Positions 10,266 to 17,394 of a stretch of 21,312 nt of DNA are shown here, piece after piece. The notes beneath the pieces are model-generated. The model was not told the DNA's origin. It ran no database searches and was given only the letters and a program-made list of their open reading frames with translations. Position 1 is the stretch's first letter, and each line of letters begins with the position of its first letter. The stretch comes from an uncultured bacterium (GTDB lineage Bacteria; Edwardsbacteria; AC1; EtOH8). The stretch covers positions 1 to 21,312 of the forward strand of contig CAWAAX010000013.1 in assembly GCA_963780225.1 (NCBI GenBank), written 5' to 3'. The position numbers and the translations under genes are program-made.

Positions 10266-10320
10266 AAATCTGCGTCAATCGTTCGGCTAATGCTCACGAC
10301 GGCGTCTGCGAAATCTGCGG
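10266..10320. repeat. Short intergenic ATCTGCG repeat element
   Basis: (A)TCTGCG units at 10268, 10305 and 10313. The same unit recurs at 18423-18459. Confidence 0.5.
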
Positions 10321-10325
10321 ATACG

Positions 10326-10946
10326 TTATTTTAAATCCCCAGGCAGATGGATGGCAAACTTGCAGTGCTCGTCCCCGCTGATGATGGCCTCCAGCACTTC
10401 CACTCGGACCTTGGTCCCGAAGATCCCTTCGTAGATGCCCTTGTACCATCCCGCGCTGCAGTGGCAGTATTCTTTGGAGATAACATTCCTGGTGGCGCGC
10501 ATCAGAGGGCAGAAACAGGCCGCCATTTGTTTTTCGTAGGGCGTAGCGGCCTTGGCAAAGGCTTCCGGGTCGCGCGGACTGCGGATCTCGTAGATCACAT
10601 TGCCCTCCCGGTAGGGATGGCCGAATTTACCCTTGTCCGCGCCCATGGCCTCCAGCACCCGGTCCACGCTCTTGGTCTCAGCATACAGCTTGGCCAAAAC
10701 GTCTATCGGCCCGGTTCCGAATTCCTCGGTAAAAACGCAGGCCCGGCCCTGCATGATCTCCTCCCTCGTTGTTTGGCCCGGAACAGCGGCATCCATCCGC
10801 TTTATGGCTTGCTCCGACCAGACCGCGTACTCCTCCGGGCGGTCCGGGATCTGGTCATAGCCCGCGATCACTGAATCTCCCTTGCCGGGCGCATGGCGGT
10901 CTATCTGAGCCGCCCATTTTTTCATCTTATCCGCCAGCCAGGCCAT
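10326..10946 (-). CDS. Cys-rich hypothetical protein (DUF6144/V4R-like)
   Basis: CFCP...YCHCSAGWYK...VEVLEAIISGDEHCKFAIHL pattern suggests a metal-binding V4R-like fold. Confidence 0.6.
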   Translation of the reverse strand: MAWLADKMKKWAAQIDRHAPGKGDSVIAGYDQIPDRPEEYAVWSEQAIKRMDAAVPGQTTREEIMQGRACVFTEEFGTGPIDVLAKLYAETKSVDRVLEAMGADKGKFGHPYREGNVIYEIRSPRDPEAFAKAATPYEKQMAACFCPLMRATRNVISKEYCHCSAGWYKGIYEGIFGTKVRVEVLEAIISGDEHCKFAIHLPGDLK

Positions 10947-10993
10947 GTCACATACCTTTCACAAGAAAATTGACAAGAGCTTGGATATCTTTG

Positions 10994-11866
10994 TTACTTG
11001 CCCATGGCCTTCTTCATGGTCTCGCCCATCTCGGCCGGGGTCCTGGCCACTTTGATGCCGCAGGACTTCAGCACCTTCACCTTTTCGGCATAGGTTCCCT
11101 TGCCCCCGGAGATGATGGCGCCGGCGTGGCCCATCCTCCGGCCCGGCGGGGCGGTGGCCCCGGCAATGAAGGCCGCCACCGGCTTGGGGAAGTTCTTCTT
11201 TATCCAGCGGGCGGTCTCCTCCTCCTGCGATCCTCCGATCTCGCCGATCATCAGCACCGCCTTGGTCTGCTTGTCGGCCTTGAACAGCTCCAGGGCATCG
11301 ATGAAGTTGGTGCCTATCACCGGGTCGCCTCCTATGCCGATGCAGGTGCTCTGCCCGATGCCCAGTTTGGTCAGTTGATTGACTGCTTCGTAGGTCAGCG
11401 TCCCGCTGCGCGAGATCACGCCCACCGAGCCCTCCTTGTGGATGGCGGCCGGCATGATGCCCACCTTGGCCTTGCCCGGCGAGATGGCTCCCGGACAGTT
11501 GGGCCCTATCAGACGGGTCTTTTTGCCCTGCAGGTAGCGCTTGACGAACATCATGTCGTTGGCCGGCACGCCTTCGGTGATGCAGATCACCAGTTCCAGA
11601 CCGGCGTCCACCGCCTCCAGGATGGCGTCCCGGCAGTACAGGGCCGGAACAAAGATCATGGTGGCATTGGCTTTCTGCTTTTCCACCGCTTCGGCCACGG
11701 TGTCGAAAACAGGATACCCTTCGTGGATGGTGCCGCCCTTGCCGGGCACTACTCCACCCACGAACTTGGTCCCGTACTCCGCGCATTTTAGCGAATGGAA
11801 GGTGCCATGCTGCCCGGTGAAGCCCTGGCAGATAAGGCGGGTGTTTTTATCAATTAAAATAGCCAT
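10994..11866 (-). CDS. sucD: Succinyl-CoA ligase alpha subunit
   Basis: [34 protein letters not shown] and RMGHAGAII (phosphohistidine) motifs. Confidence 0.96.
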   Translation of the reverse strand: MAILIDKNTRLICQGFTGQHGTFHSLKCAEYGTKFVGGVVPGKGGTIHEGYPVFDTVAEAVEKQKANATMIFVPALYCRDAILEAVDAGLELVICITEGVPANDMMFVKRYLQGKKTRLIGPNCPGAISPGKAKVGIMPAAIHKEGSVGVISRSGTLTYEAVNQLTKLGIGQSTCIGIGGDPVIGTNFIDALELFKADKQTKAVLMIGEIGGSQEEETARWIKKNFPKPVAAFIAGATAPPGRRMGHAGAIISGGKGTYAEKVKVLKSCGIKVARTPAEMGETMKKAMGK

Positions 11867-11947
11867 TTAGTTCCTCTGTTTATATAAGTATTTGAAATTT
11901 ATTGACTAACAAAAACGAATAAATATTAATAAATATGTATAGAATAC

Positions 11948-11988
11948 TTGACAATTTGTAATGTATAGTGTATAATATGTAAAGTATA
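11948..11988 (+). promoter_or_regulatory. Consensus sigma70 promoter with putative operator repeats
   Basis: TTGACA (11948-53), 17 bp spacer, TATAAT (11971-76). Direct repeats TGTAATGTATA (11957) and TGTAAAGTATA (11978) start 21 bp apart. Confidence 0.85.
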
Positions 11989-12010
11989 ACAAACAACAAG
12001 GAGATGTCCT

Positions 12011-12217
12011 ACGGAAACATTAACCAACCATATCAAAGAGAACCGGGCCCGGCTGGACATGACCCAGGAGCACCTGGCCAACCTGGTGGATGTCACCCGC
12101 CAGACCATCATTTCCATCGAGGCCTGCAAGTATGTTCCCTCGGCCATGCTGGCCATGAAGATCGCCCGGGTCTTCGAACGTCCGTTGGAAACAATTTTTG
12201 AGTTAAAGGAGGTATAA
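12011..12217 (+). CDS. XRE-family (HTH_3) transcriptional regulator beginning at ACG
   Basis: This frame is not in the ORF track. It reads (T/M)ETLTNHIKENRARLDMTQEHLANLVDVTRQTIISIEACKYVPSAMLAMKIARVFERPLETIFELKEV*. SD AAGGAG lies 7 nt upstream of the ACG. Confidence 0.85.
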   Translation, partial: TETLTNHIKENRARLDMTQEHLANLVDVTRQTIISIEACKYVPSAMLAMKIARVFERPLETIFELKEV

Positions 12218-12222
12218 CAACC

Positions 12223-12546
12223 ATGAAAGACGATCAAACCAATAATCCAAAATCCGGCTTTTTCAAGGCCCAGTCGGACATCATCGCGTTGGCTCTGATA
12301 ATCATCCTTGCAGCCTCAGGATTGTTGTTTCGCCAGAGATACCTGCTCAGCTTAAGTCTTTTTGCCGCCCTGATCAACTTCACCCTGATATATTTCGGGT
12401 CAAGGCGTGAAAAACAGGATGAGCGGATACTGCACCACCGGAACCTGGCCGCTTATCATACTCTGATCGCGGTATTCCTCCTGGTGGCTATAATGTCGCT
12501 GCTGTTCAGAAACAACATCATCAAGGTCTTGGAGATGATGGGGTGA
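12223..12546 (+). CDS. Small membrane protein partnered with the XRE regulator, probably 3'-truncated
   Basis: SD AAGGAGG, three hydrophobic segments and a DER motif between helices (DUF2178-like). The last codons match antisense sucD sequence. Confidence 0.7.
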   Translation: MKDDQTNNPKSGFFKAQSDIIALALIIILAASGLLFRQRYLLSLSLFAALINFTLIYFGSRREKQDERILHHRNLAAYHTLIAVFLLVAIMSLLFRNNIIKVLEMMG

Positions 12547-13160
12547 TGCGCGGGGGTGGCGATGAAGGCGACGGTTGAAGTTCTCTTGATCCAGCGGGCG
12601 GTATCTCCTCCTGCGATCCTCCGATCTCGCCGATATCAGCACCGCCTTGGTCTGCTTGTCGGCCTTGAACAGCTCCAGAGCGTCGATGAAGTTGGTGCCT
12701 ATCACCGGGTCGCCTCCTATGCCGATGCAGGTGCTCTGCCTGATGCCCAGCTTGGTCAATTGATTGACTGCTTCGTAGGTCAGGTGCCGCTGCGCGAGAT
12801 CACGCCACCGAGCCTCCTTGTGGATGGCGGCCGGCATGATGCCCACCTTGGCCTTGCCGGCGAGATGGCCCCATGCATATCAGCCTTCATTTTTTTGCCC
12901 TGCAGGTAGCGCTTGACGAACATCATGTCGTTGGCCGGCACGCCCTCGGTGATGCAGATCACCAGCTCCAGCCGGCTCCACCGCCGGATGGTCCGCGCTG
13001 GGCCATGGACAGATCATGTATGGCATTGATTCGCTTATCAAGCGCCTGCAGTGAAAACTGTCATTCGGTCTCGTGAACCCCTTCCTTGCCGGGAACCGCC
13101 ACGACTTGTCCGTACTCGCGCATTTAGCGATGAAGTGCCGTGCTAAAAAGGGGTTTTTCT
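12523..13160 (-). pseudogene. sucD: Degenerate second copy of sucD (possibly an assembly/consensus artefact)
   Basis: Collinear with sucD ~11090-11850. The central part (~12610-12960) is close to identical, and both ends carry many small deletions. Confidence 0.8.
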
Positions 13161-14327
13161 TTATCTGCCGGACGTCTCCTTTACTATCAGCTGGGCCGCC
13201 TCGCCCAGCGACGAAGCCGGGATTATCTTCAGGCCTGATCCGGCCAGTATCTTTTTTCCCTGTTCCACATTAGTGCCGTCCAGCCGGGCCACGATCGGCA
13301 CTTTCACGCCCAGGGTCTTGGAGGCCGCCACTATCCCCTCGGCGATCACGTCGCACTTCATGATCCCGCCGAAGATGTTCACCAGTATGCCCCTGACGTT
13401 GGGATCGGACAAAATTATCTTGAAAGCCTCGGTCACTTTCTCGGTGGAGGCCGAACCGCCCACGTCCAGGAAGTTGGCCGGGCTGCCGCCGTAATGCTTG
13501 ACGATGTCCATGGTGGCCATGGCCAGGCCGGCCCCGTTCACCAGGCAGCCGATGGTCCCGTCCAGCTTGATATAGCTGAGGTCGTGTTTGGAGGCCAGCA
13601 CCTCGTTGGGGTCCTCCTCGTCAATGTCCCGCAGGCTCAAGATCTCGGGATGCCGGGCCAGTCCGTTGTCGTCGAAGGTGACCTTGGCGTCCAGCGCGAA
13701 CAGGGTGTCCTCCGGTGTCCGCACCAGCGGATTGATCTCGACTAAAGAGGCGTCCTTAGAGATGAACAGCTGGTACATCCCGGACATCACTTGATTGAGC
13801 TGTTTGGCCAAAGCGCCTTTGAATCCCAGCTGGCGGGACATCTCCGTTCCGTGATAGGCCCGGTAGCCGGCCACCGGGTCAACCGCCACCTTGATGATCT
13901 TGTCCGGCGTTTCCGCCGCCACTTTTTCAATCTCCACCCCGCCCTCGGTGGAGCCGATGAAGATGTAGCTGGCGGTGGCCCGGTCGGCCAAAAAGCCCAG
14001 GTAGTACTCCTTGTCGATGCGGGTGTCCTCGGCCACCATTATCCGGCGGACCAGTTTTCCCTTGGGCCCGGTCTGGGGCGTTACCAGCGTCATGCCCAGG
14101 ATGTTTTTTGAGTGGGCCAGCGCCTCTTCCCTGGACTTGGCCAGCTTGACCCCGCCGGCCTTGCCCCGTCCCCCGGTGTGGGCCTGGGCCTTGATGATCC
14201 AGGGCGGGCCGATCAGCCGGGACAGTTTTTGTTCCACTTCGTCAACGCTGGTGGCCATGAAATCCGGCTTGACCGGGATCCCGTGGTCGCGCAGCAGCTG
14301 GCGGGCTTGGTATTCGTGAATGTTCAT
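13161..14327 (-). CDS. sucC: Succinyl-CoA ligase beta subunit
   Basis: MNIHEYQA, KAQAHTGGRGKAGGV, EINPL, LDAKV, NGAGLAMATMD, PANFLDVGG and NIFGGIMKCD motifs. Confidence 0.97.
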   Translation of the reverse strand: MNIHEYQARQLLRDHGIPVKPDFMATSVDEVEQKLSRLIGPPWIIKAQAHTGGRGKAGGVKLAKSREEALAHSKNILGMTLVTPQTGPKGKLVRRIMVAEDTRIDKEYYLGFLADRATASYIFIGSTEGGVEIEKVAAETPDKIIKVAVDPVAGYRAYHGTEMSRQLGFKGALAKQLNQVMSGMYQLFISKDASLVEINPLVRTPEDTLFALDAKVTFDDNGLARHPEILSLRDIDEEDPNEVLASKHDLSYIKLDGTIGCLVNGAGLAMATMDIVKHYGGSPANFLDVGGSASTEKVTEAFKIILSDPNVRGILVNIFGGIMKCDVIAEGIVAASKTLGVKVPIVARLDGTNVEQGKKILAGSGLKIIPASSLGEAAQLIVKETSGR

Positions 14328-14351
14328 GTTGTTATCCTAATATTTATATAA

Positions 14352-14819
14352 TCAAATTATTTTTACCATTTCTATGAAACCTTTTTTATATCCGCAATGG
14401 AGATTAAAATCTATCATTTTCTGATTATTTGCATGGACTGTTGTTTTTATGTGGTGCACACCCTTGCTTTTCGCCCACAACTCCCCGTTTTTCTTCAACT
14501 CCGTGGCAATACCTTGATGTTGGTATTCATCTTTAACCCAGAGCGATTTTATGTGTCCAAATATTTCATCATTATTGTTTTCAATATCAAGCCAGTGAAA
14601 ACCAATTATCGTTCCCTCATTTGTTTCAGCGATCTGAAAGAATCGGTCTGTATAGTCCTCGAGTTTATTAAGTTGTTCGATTCTCTTTTGGATTTGCCCT
14701 GGTTCTATTTTATGATCACACTTCCAGTACTTTGGGGCATTCTCATGGATCTCGGCGACATTGGCTACTTCTGCCTCATTCGAGATATTGAGCATTCTGT
14801 ATTTTATAAACTTTTCCAT
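14352..14819 (-). CDS. GNAT family N-acetyltransferase (cassette D)
   Basis: IKSLWVKDEYQHQGIATEL (acetyl-CoA motif A) and VHANNQKMIDFNLHCGY. AT-rich. Confidence 0.9.
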   Translation of the reverse strand: MEKFIKYRMLNISNEAEVANVAEIHENAPKYWKCDHKIEPGQIQKRIEQLNKLEDYTDRFFQIAETNEGTIIGFHWLDIENNNDEIFGHIKSLWVKDEYQHQGIATELKKNGELWAKSKGVHHIKTTVHANNQKMIDFNLHCGYKKGFIEMVKII

Positions 14820-14820
14820 A

Positions 14821-14922
14821 TTACCTTACCCTGTTCGTTTCTATCCCGTTCTCGTAATCCGGCTTGACCGGAATCCCGTGGTCGCGCAGCAGCTGGCGGG
14901 CTTGGTATTCGTGAATGTTCAT
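14821..14922 (-). repeat. Junction J-CD: sucC 5' end fused to dehydrogenase 3' end (33-aa mini-ORF)
   Basis: 14922-14856 matches sucC 14327-14261 with one synonymous change. It continues GAT TAC GAG AAC GGG ATA GAA ACG AAC AGG GTA AGG TAA, versus the dehydrogenase end GAT TTT GAA AAG GGG ATA GAA ACA AAC CGG GTG GCG TAA. Confidence 0.93.
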
Positions 14923-14981
14923 ATTGTTCCGTTGGATATAATAATGAAATGTTATTTTTAGCTTTGTGCCATAAATTATTA

Positions 14982-15602
14982 TCAGGTGGAAAGCGATGTT
15001 ACTTTTCTGGCTACAATTCTATTCGTGGCGTGTTTATGGGGTATTCCACTCGACATACAATCAAATATCTCTTCGGTGCAATATTCTACTTCCCAATCAT
15101 GATAGTGTGTGAACAGTTCTCCAGATATCCACTTTTTTGCAGTTGTTTCACTTTCCGGAGATTTCCCTATAAATGGTTTTTTAATAAATACCGAAAAGAC
15201 ATGCAGCCCGTCAATATTTGTGTGGTTTTTATAATCATCAAATATCTCAGATCTTTTTTCTAAAGGCATATAATGCAATACGCCCGTTGAAAATAAAATG
15301 TCATAATTATCAGTTAACCGATACTCGTTTATATCTGCTTGAAAAACATTTACAGATACCTTTGCTTCTTCTGCCATGCGTTTTGTTTTTTCAACACCAT
15401 TTGCAGATAGATCAAAGGCTGTTACTTGATACCCGTTCCTGGCAAAAAAGATAGCGTTCCGGCCCTCGCCACAACCAATCACAAGTAATTTAAGAGGTTT
15501 TACGGGCGGTAAGAGTTCTAATGCTTTATAGCAAGTTTTTGAAGGTGTTTTACCCCAATAAAAGCCATTTTGTTTGTATTTCTCATCGTAATAATTCTCC
15601 AT
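14982..15602 (-). CDS. Class I SAM-dependent methyltransferase, TehB-like (cassette C)
   Basis: LLVIGCGEGRNAIFFARNGYQVTAFDLS and YDILFSTGVLHY motifs. AT-rich. Confidence 0.9.
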   Translation of the reverse strand: MENYYDEKYKQNGFYWGKTPSKTCYKALELLPPVKPLKLLVIGCGEGRNAIFFARNGYQVTAFDLSANGVEKTKRMAEEAKVSVNVFQADINEYRLTDNYDILFSTGVLHYMPLEKRSEIFDDYKNHTNIDGLHVFSVFIKKPFIGKSPESETTAKKWISGELFTHYHDWEVEYCTEEIFDCMSSGIPHKHATNRIVARKVTSLST

Positions 15603-15665
15603 CCTATAGCGTTTCCTATCTTAAAACTATATTATCTGATGAGTGTTGCAAAAGCTATGTCGTAC

Positions 15666-15746
15666 TTTTTACGCACCTTTTGGTTTCAATCCCCTTCTCA
15701 AAATCCTGCTTTACCAGGGTCCCGTGATCGCGCAGCACTTGCGGCT
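15666..15746 (-). repeat. Junction J-BC: eroded sucC 5' / dehydrogenase 3' chimera
   Basis: Minus strand GCCGCAAGTGCTGCGCGATCACGGGACCCTGGTAAAGCAGGATTT (sucC-like) continues into TGAGAAGGGGATTGAAACCAAAAGGTGCGTAAAAA (dehydrogenase end through the stop). Confidence 0.85.
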
Positions 15747-15759
15747 CTATTGACCACCT

Positions 15760-16614
15760 CTATTCGTCCAACATTAATTTATGAGGAGATTTATTAAGTT
15801 TTTTCAGTTGTTCGCGTTCAATGGCGGTAATGCTTTTACCTGGAACCGGCAGTTTTTCCGGCAAAGTGCCTCCCACACGTTCAATTGTTCCCCGGACTTC
15901 TTTTCCGACGATGAAATGGATTTCGTTGGCGGCATCCGCAGTTACAGCTTTATCTTTTTTTAGTTTTTCTTCGGTTTGTGATATTCTGAACAAATTTGCG
16001 ATCAATTCCGTGCTGCTCATAAAATCAAGAATCCGGTCGGTTTTCTTCAGTCCCTTCTTTTTGTGAATATCCTCCACTTTCCGTCCGCCATATAGCCCCA
16101 TGTAACCTGCATTCTGAAAGGCTGCATATTCTTGGTCGGTAATAACTCCTGCATTGTGGGCGGCTTCGGCAAGCATCTGATTCCATTGTTTGATATCTCC
16201 CCGTATCACTAAGCGCTTGTTGTCCTCATCCAGCTGATTAAAATAATCAGCCACCTCCTGCCGTCTCGTTTGGATGGCGAAATATGTTTGCCCCAAAGCG
16301 ATGACCTCTTTTCTGGGATCACCATTTTGAACGATCAAATAACAAGCATAGCGCGAGAGTTTAAAATCAATCACGGGTTTTGACGTGGCTCCAGCTTCTA
16401 CGATTTTGCTGACCTCAGCAAAATGGTCCGAAACCGGATAACCGCTGTTCTTGCAGGCAAGTATTGCCCGTTCCAAGACCTTGGCAAAATTCCGCCATTG
16501 TACATACTCAAGCACCGGAGCAAGCTCCCGGGCATACCAAAATTCATTGCCATCGTTCGAAACATGTTTTATTGCTTCAAAGGATTTATATTCTTTTGCA
16601 ATTAAATTACTCAC
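15760..16614 (-). CDS. dinD: DNA damage-inducible protein D family, Bro-N-like (cassette B)
   Basis: EFWYAREL...LEYVQWRNF, LSRYACYLIVQNGDPRKEVIALGQTYFAIQTRRQE, FQNAGYMGLYGG and ILDFMSSTELIANLFRISQTEEKL are DinD signatures. Confidence 0.9.
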   Translation of the reverse strand: MSNLIAKEYKSFEAIKHVSNDGNEFWYARELAPVLEYVQWRNFAKVLERAILACKNSGYPVSDHFAEVSKIVEAGATSKPVIDFKLSRYACYLIVQNGDPRKEVIALGQTYFAIQTRRQEVADYFNQLDEDNKRLVIRGDIKQWNQMLAEAAHNAGVITDQEYAAFQNAGYMGLYGGRKVEDIHKKKGLKKTDRILDFMSSTELIANLFRISQTEEKLKKDKAVTADAANEIHFIVGKEVRGTIERVGGTLPEKLPVPGKSITAIEREQLKKLNKSPHKLMLDE

Positions 16615-16662
16615 GTTCTCGCCTTTATTTAAAATAGCTTCTTCACGATTTCTTAGCTTTCC

Positions 16663-16760
16663 TTAGCCCCGGTTGGTTTTAAAACTGCCATGAAATCCGG
16701 CTTGACCGGGATCCCGTGGTCGCGCAGCAGTTGGCGGGCTTGGTATTCGTGAATGTTCAT
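16663..16760 (-). repeat. Junction J-AB: sucC 5' end plus a degenerate dehydrogenase tail
   Basis: 16760-16687 matches sucC 14327-14254 (74 bp, one synonymous change CAG>CAA). It is followed by AAACCAACCGGGGCTAA, resembling the dehydrogenase AAACAAACCGGGTGGCGTAA. Confidence 0.9.
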
Positions 16761-16794
16761 GTTGTTCCGTTAGATTATATTTATATGCTTTAGA

Positions 16795-17373
16795 TTAGTC
16801 ACAACATTTATATATGTTTTTATATTTGTAAAGTATTTTCTTGTTTTTTGTTCTTTTTTTTATTATCTCGCTATATGTATCACACATTAACTCCCTTTGC
16901 AAGTCGTGTGTTGTAAGAATGTTATTGTTCAAGTATTTTAATGCTTCTTGTTCATTTATAAAACCTAACGTAATTATCAACGGCGAATCACCCAAACTAT
17001 CTGACGAAGCCTTCAATAAAATAAAATACTTTTGCAAATATGATCTACATCCTTGTTGATACTTGTAAAAACAGCATATGCCTTTTAATTCCCGGTTTGT
17101 GTTTTTTAAACACAAAAGAGAGTCAACTTTATTGGTTAATATTGTATCGCGATTAATGCCAAATAAAAATATCAGGTCATACTTTTGATTGTCATTTAAT
17201 GAATTAAAATCAATTTCAATATTATTAATGCTTTGATATGTCTGGTGAAATTCTATTTGTAAGCTATCGCTATATTCTGTAGGGTCAAAAGACATTAGCC
17301 GGGATGTTTTTTCAGGCGAGTAATCGCTAGCATTGATAATACTTATCAGGACAGCATATAAAACCACTAACAT
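16795..17373 (-). CDS. Hypothetical protein, possibly secreted (cassette A)
   Basis: 192-aa ORF with SD AAGGAG, a hydrophobic N-terminus and very AT-rich sequence. No family recognised. Confidence 0.65.
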   Translation of the reverse strand: MLVVLYAVLISIINASDYSPEKTSRLMSFDPTEYSDSLQIEFHQTYQSINNIEIDFNSLNDNQKYDLIFLFGINRDTILTNKVDSLLCLKNTNRELKGICCFYKYQQGCRSYLQKYFILLKASSDSLGDSPLIITLGFINEQEALKYLNNNILTTHDLQRELMCDTYSEIIKKRTKNKKILYKYKNIYKCCD

Positions 17374-17394
17374 AACTTTTACTCCTTATGTTTT

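Noticed and set aside
12004..12201. ORF-track 65-aa ORF from ATG 12004
   Set aside because: The ATG abuts the SD and the product is unrecognisable. The +1 frame encodes a clear XRE HTH.
12400..12962. ORF-track minus-strand ORFs with SucD-like peptides as real genes
   Set aside because: They are frameshifted pieces of the degenerate sucD copy.
14274..14283. Palindrome CGGGATCCCG near the crossover core as a recombinase binding site
   Set aside because: It is broken in two of the three junction copies and is explicable by Gly-Ile-Pro codons.
14254..16760. Repeated ~70-bp sequence as a CRISPR array
   Set aside because: The repeats are coding fragments of sucC separated by whole genes of 0.5-0.9 kb, and no cas genes are present.
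14821..16790. Junctions as integron attC sites (ATCCAAC/ATCTAAC just upstream of two sucC heads match RYYYAAC)
   Set aside because: There is no matching GTTRRRY end or attC-like hairpin, no integrase in the window, and the repeats are fully explained as gene fragments.
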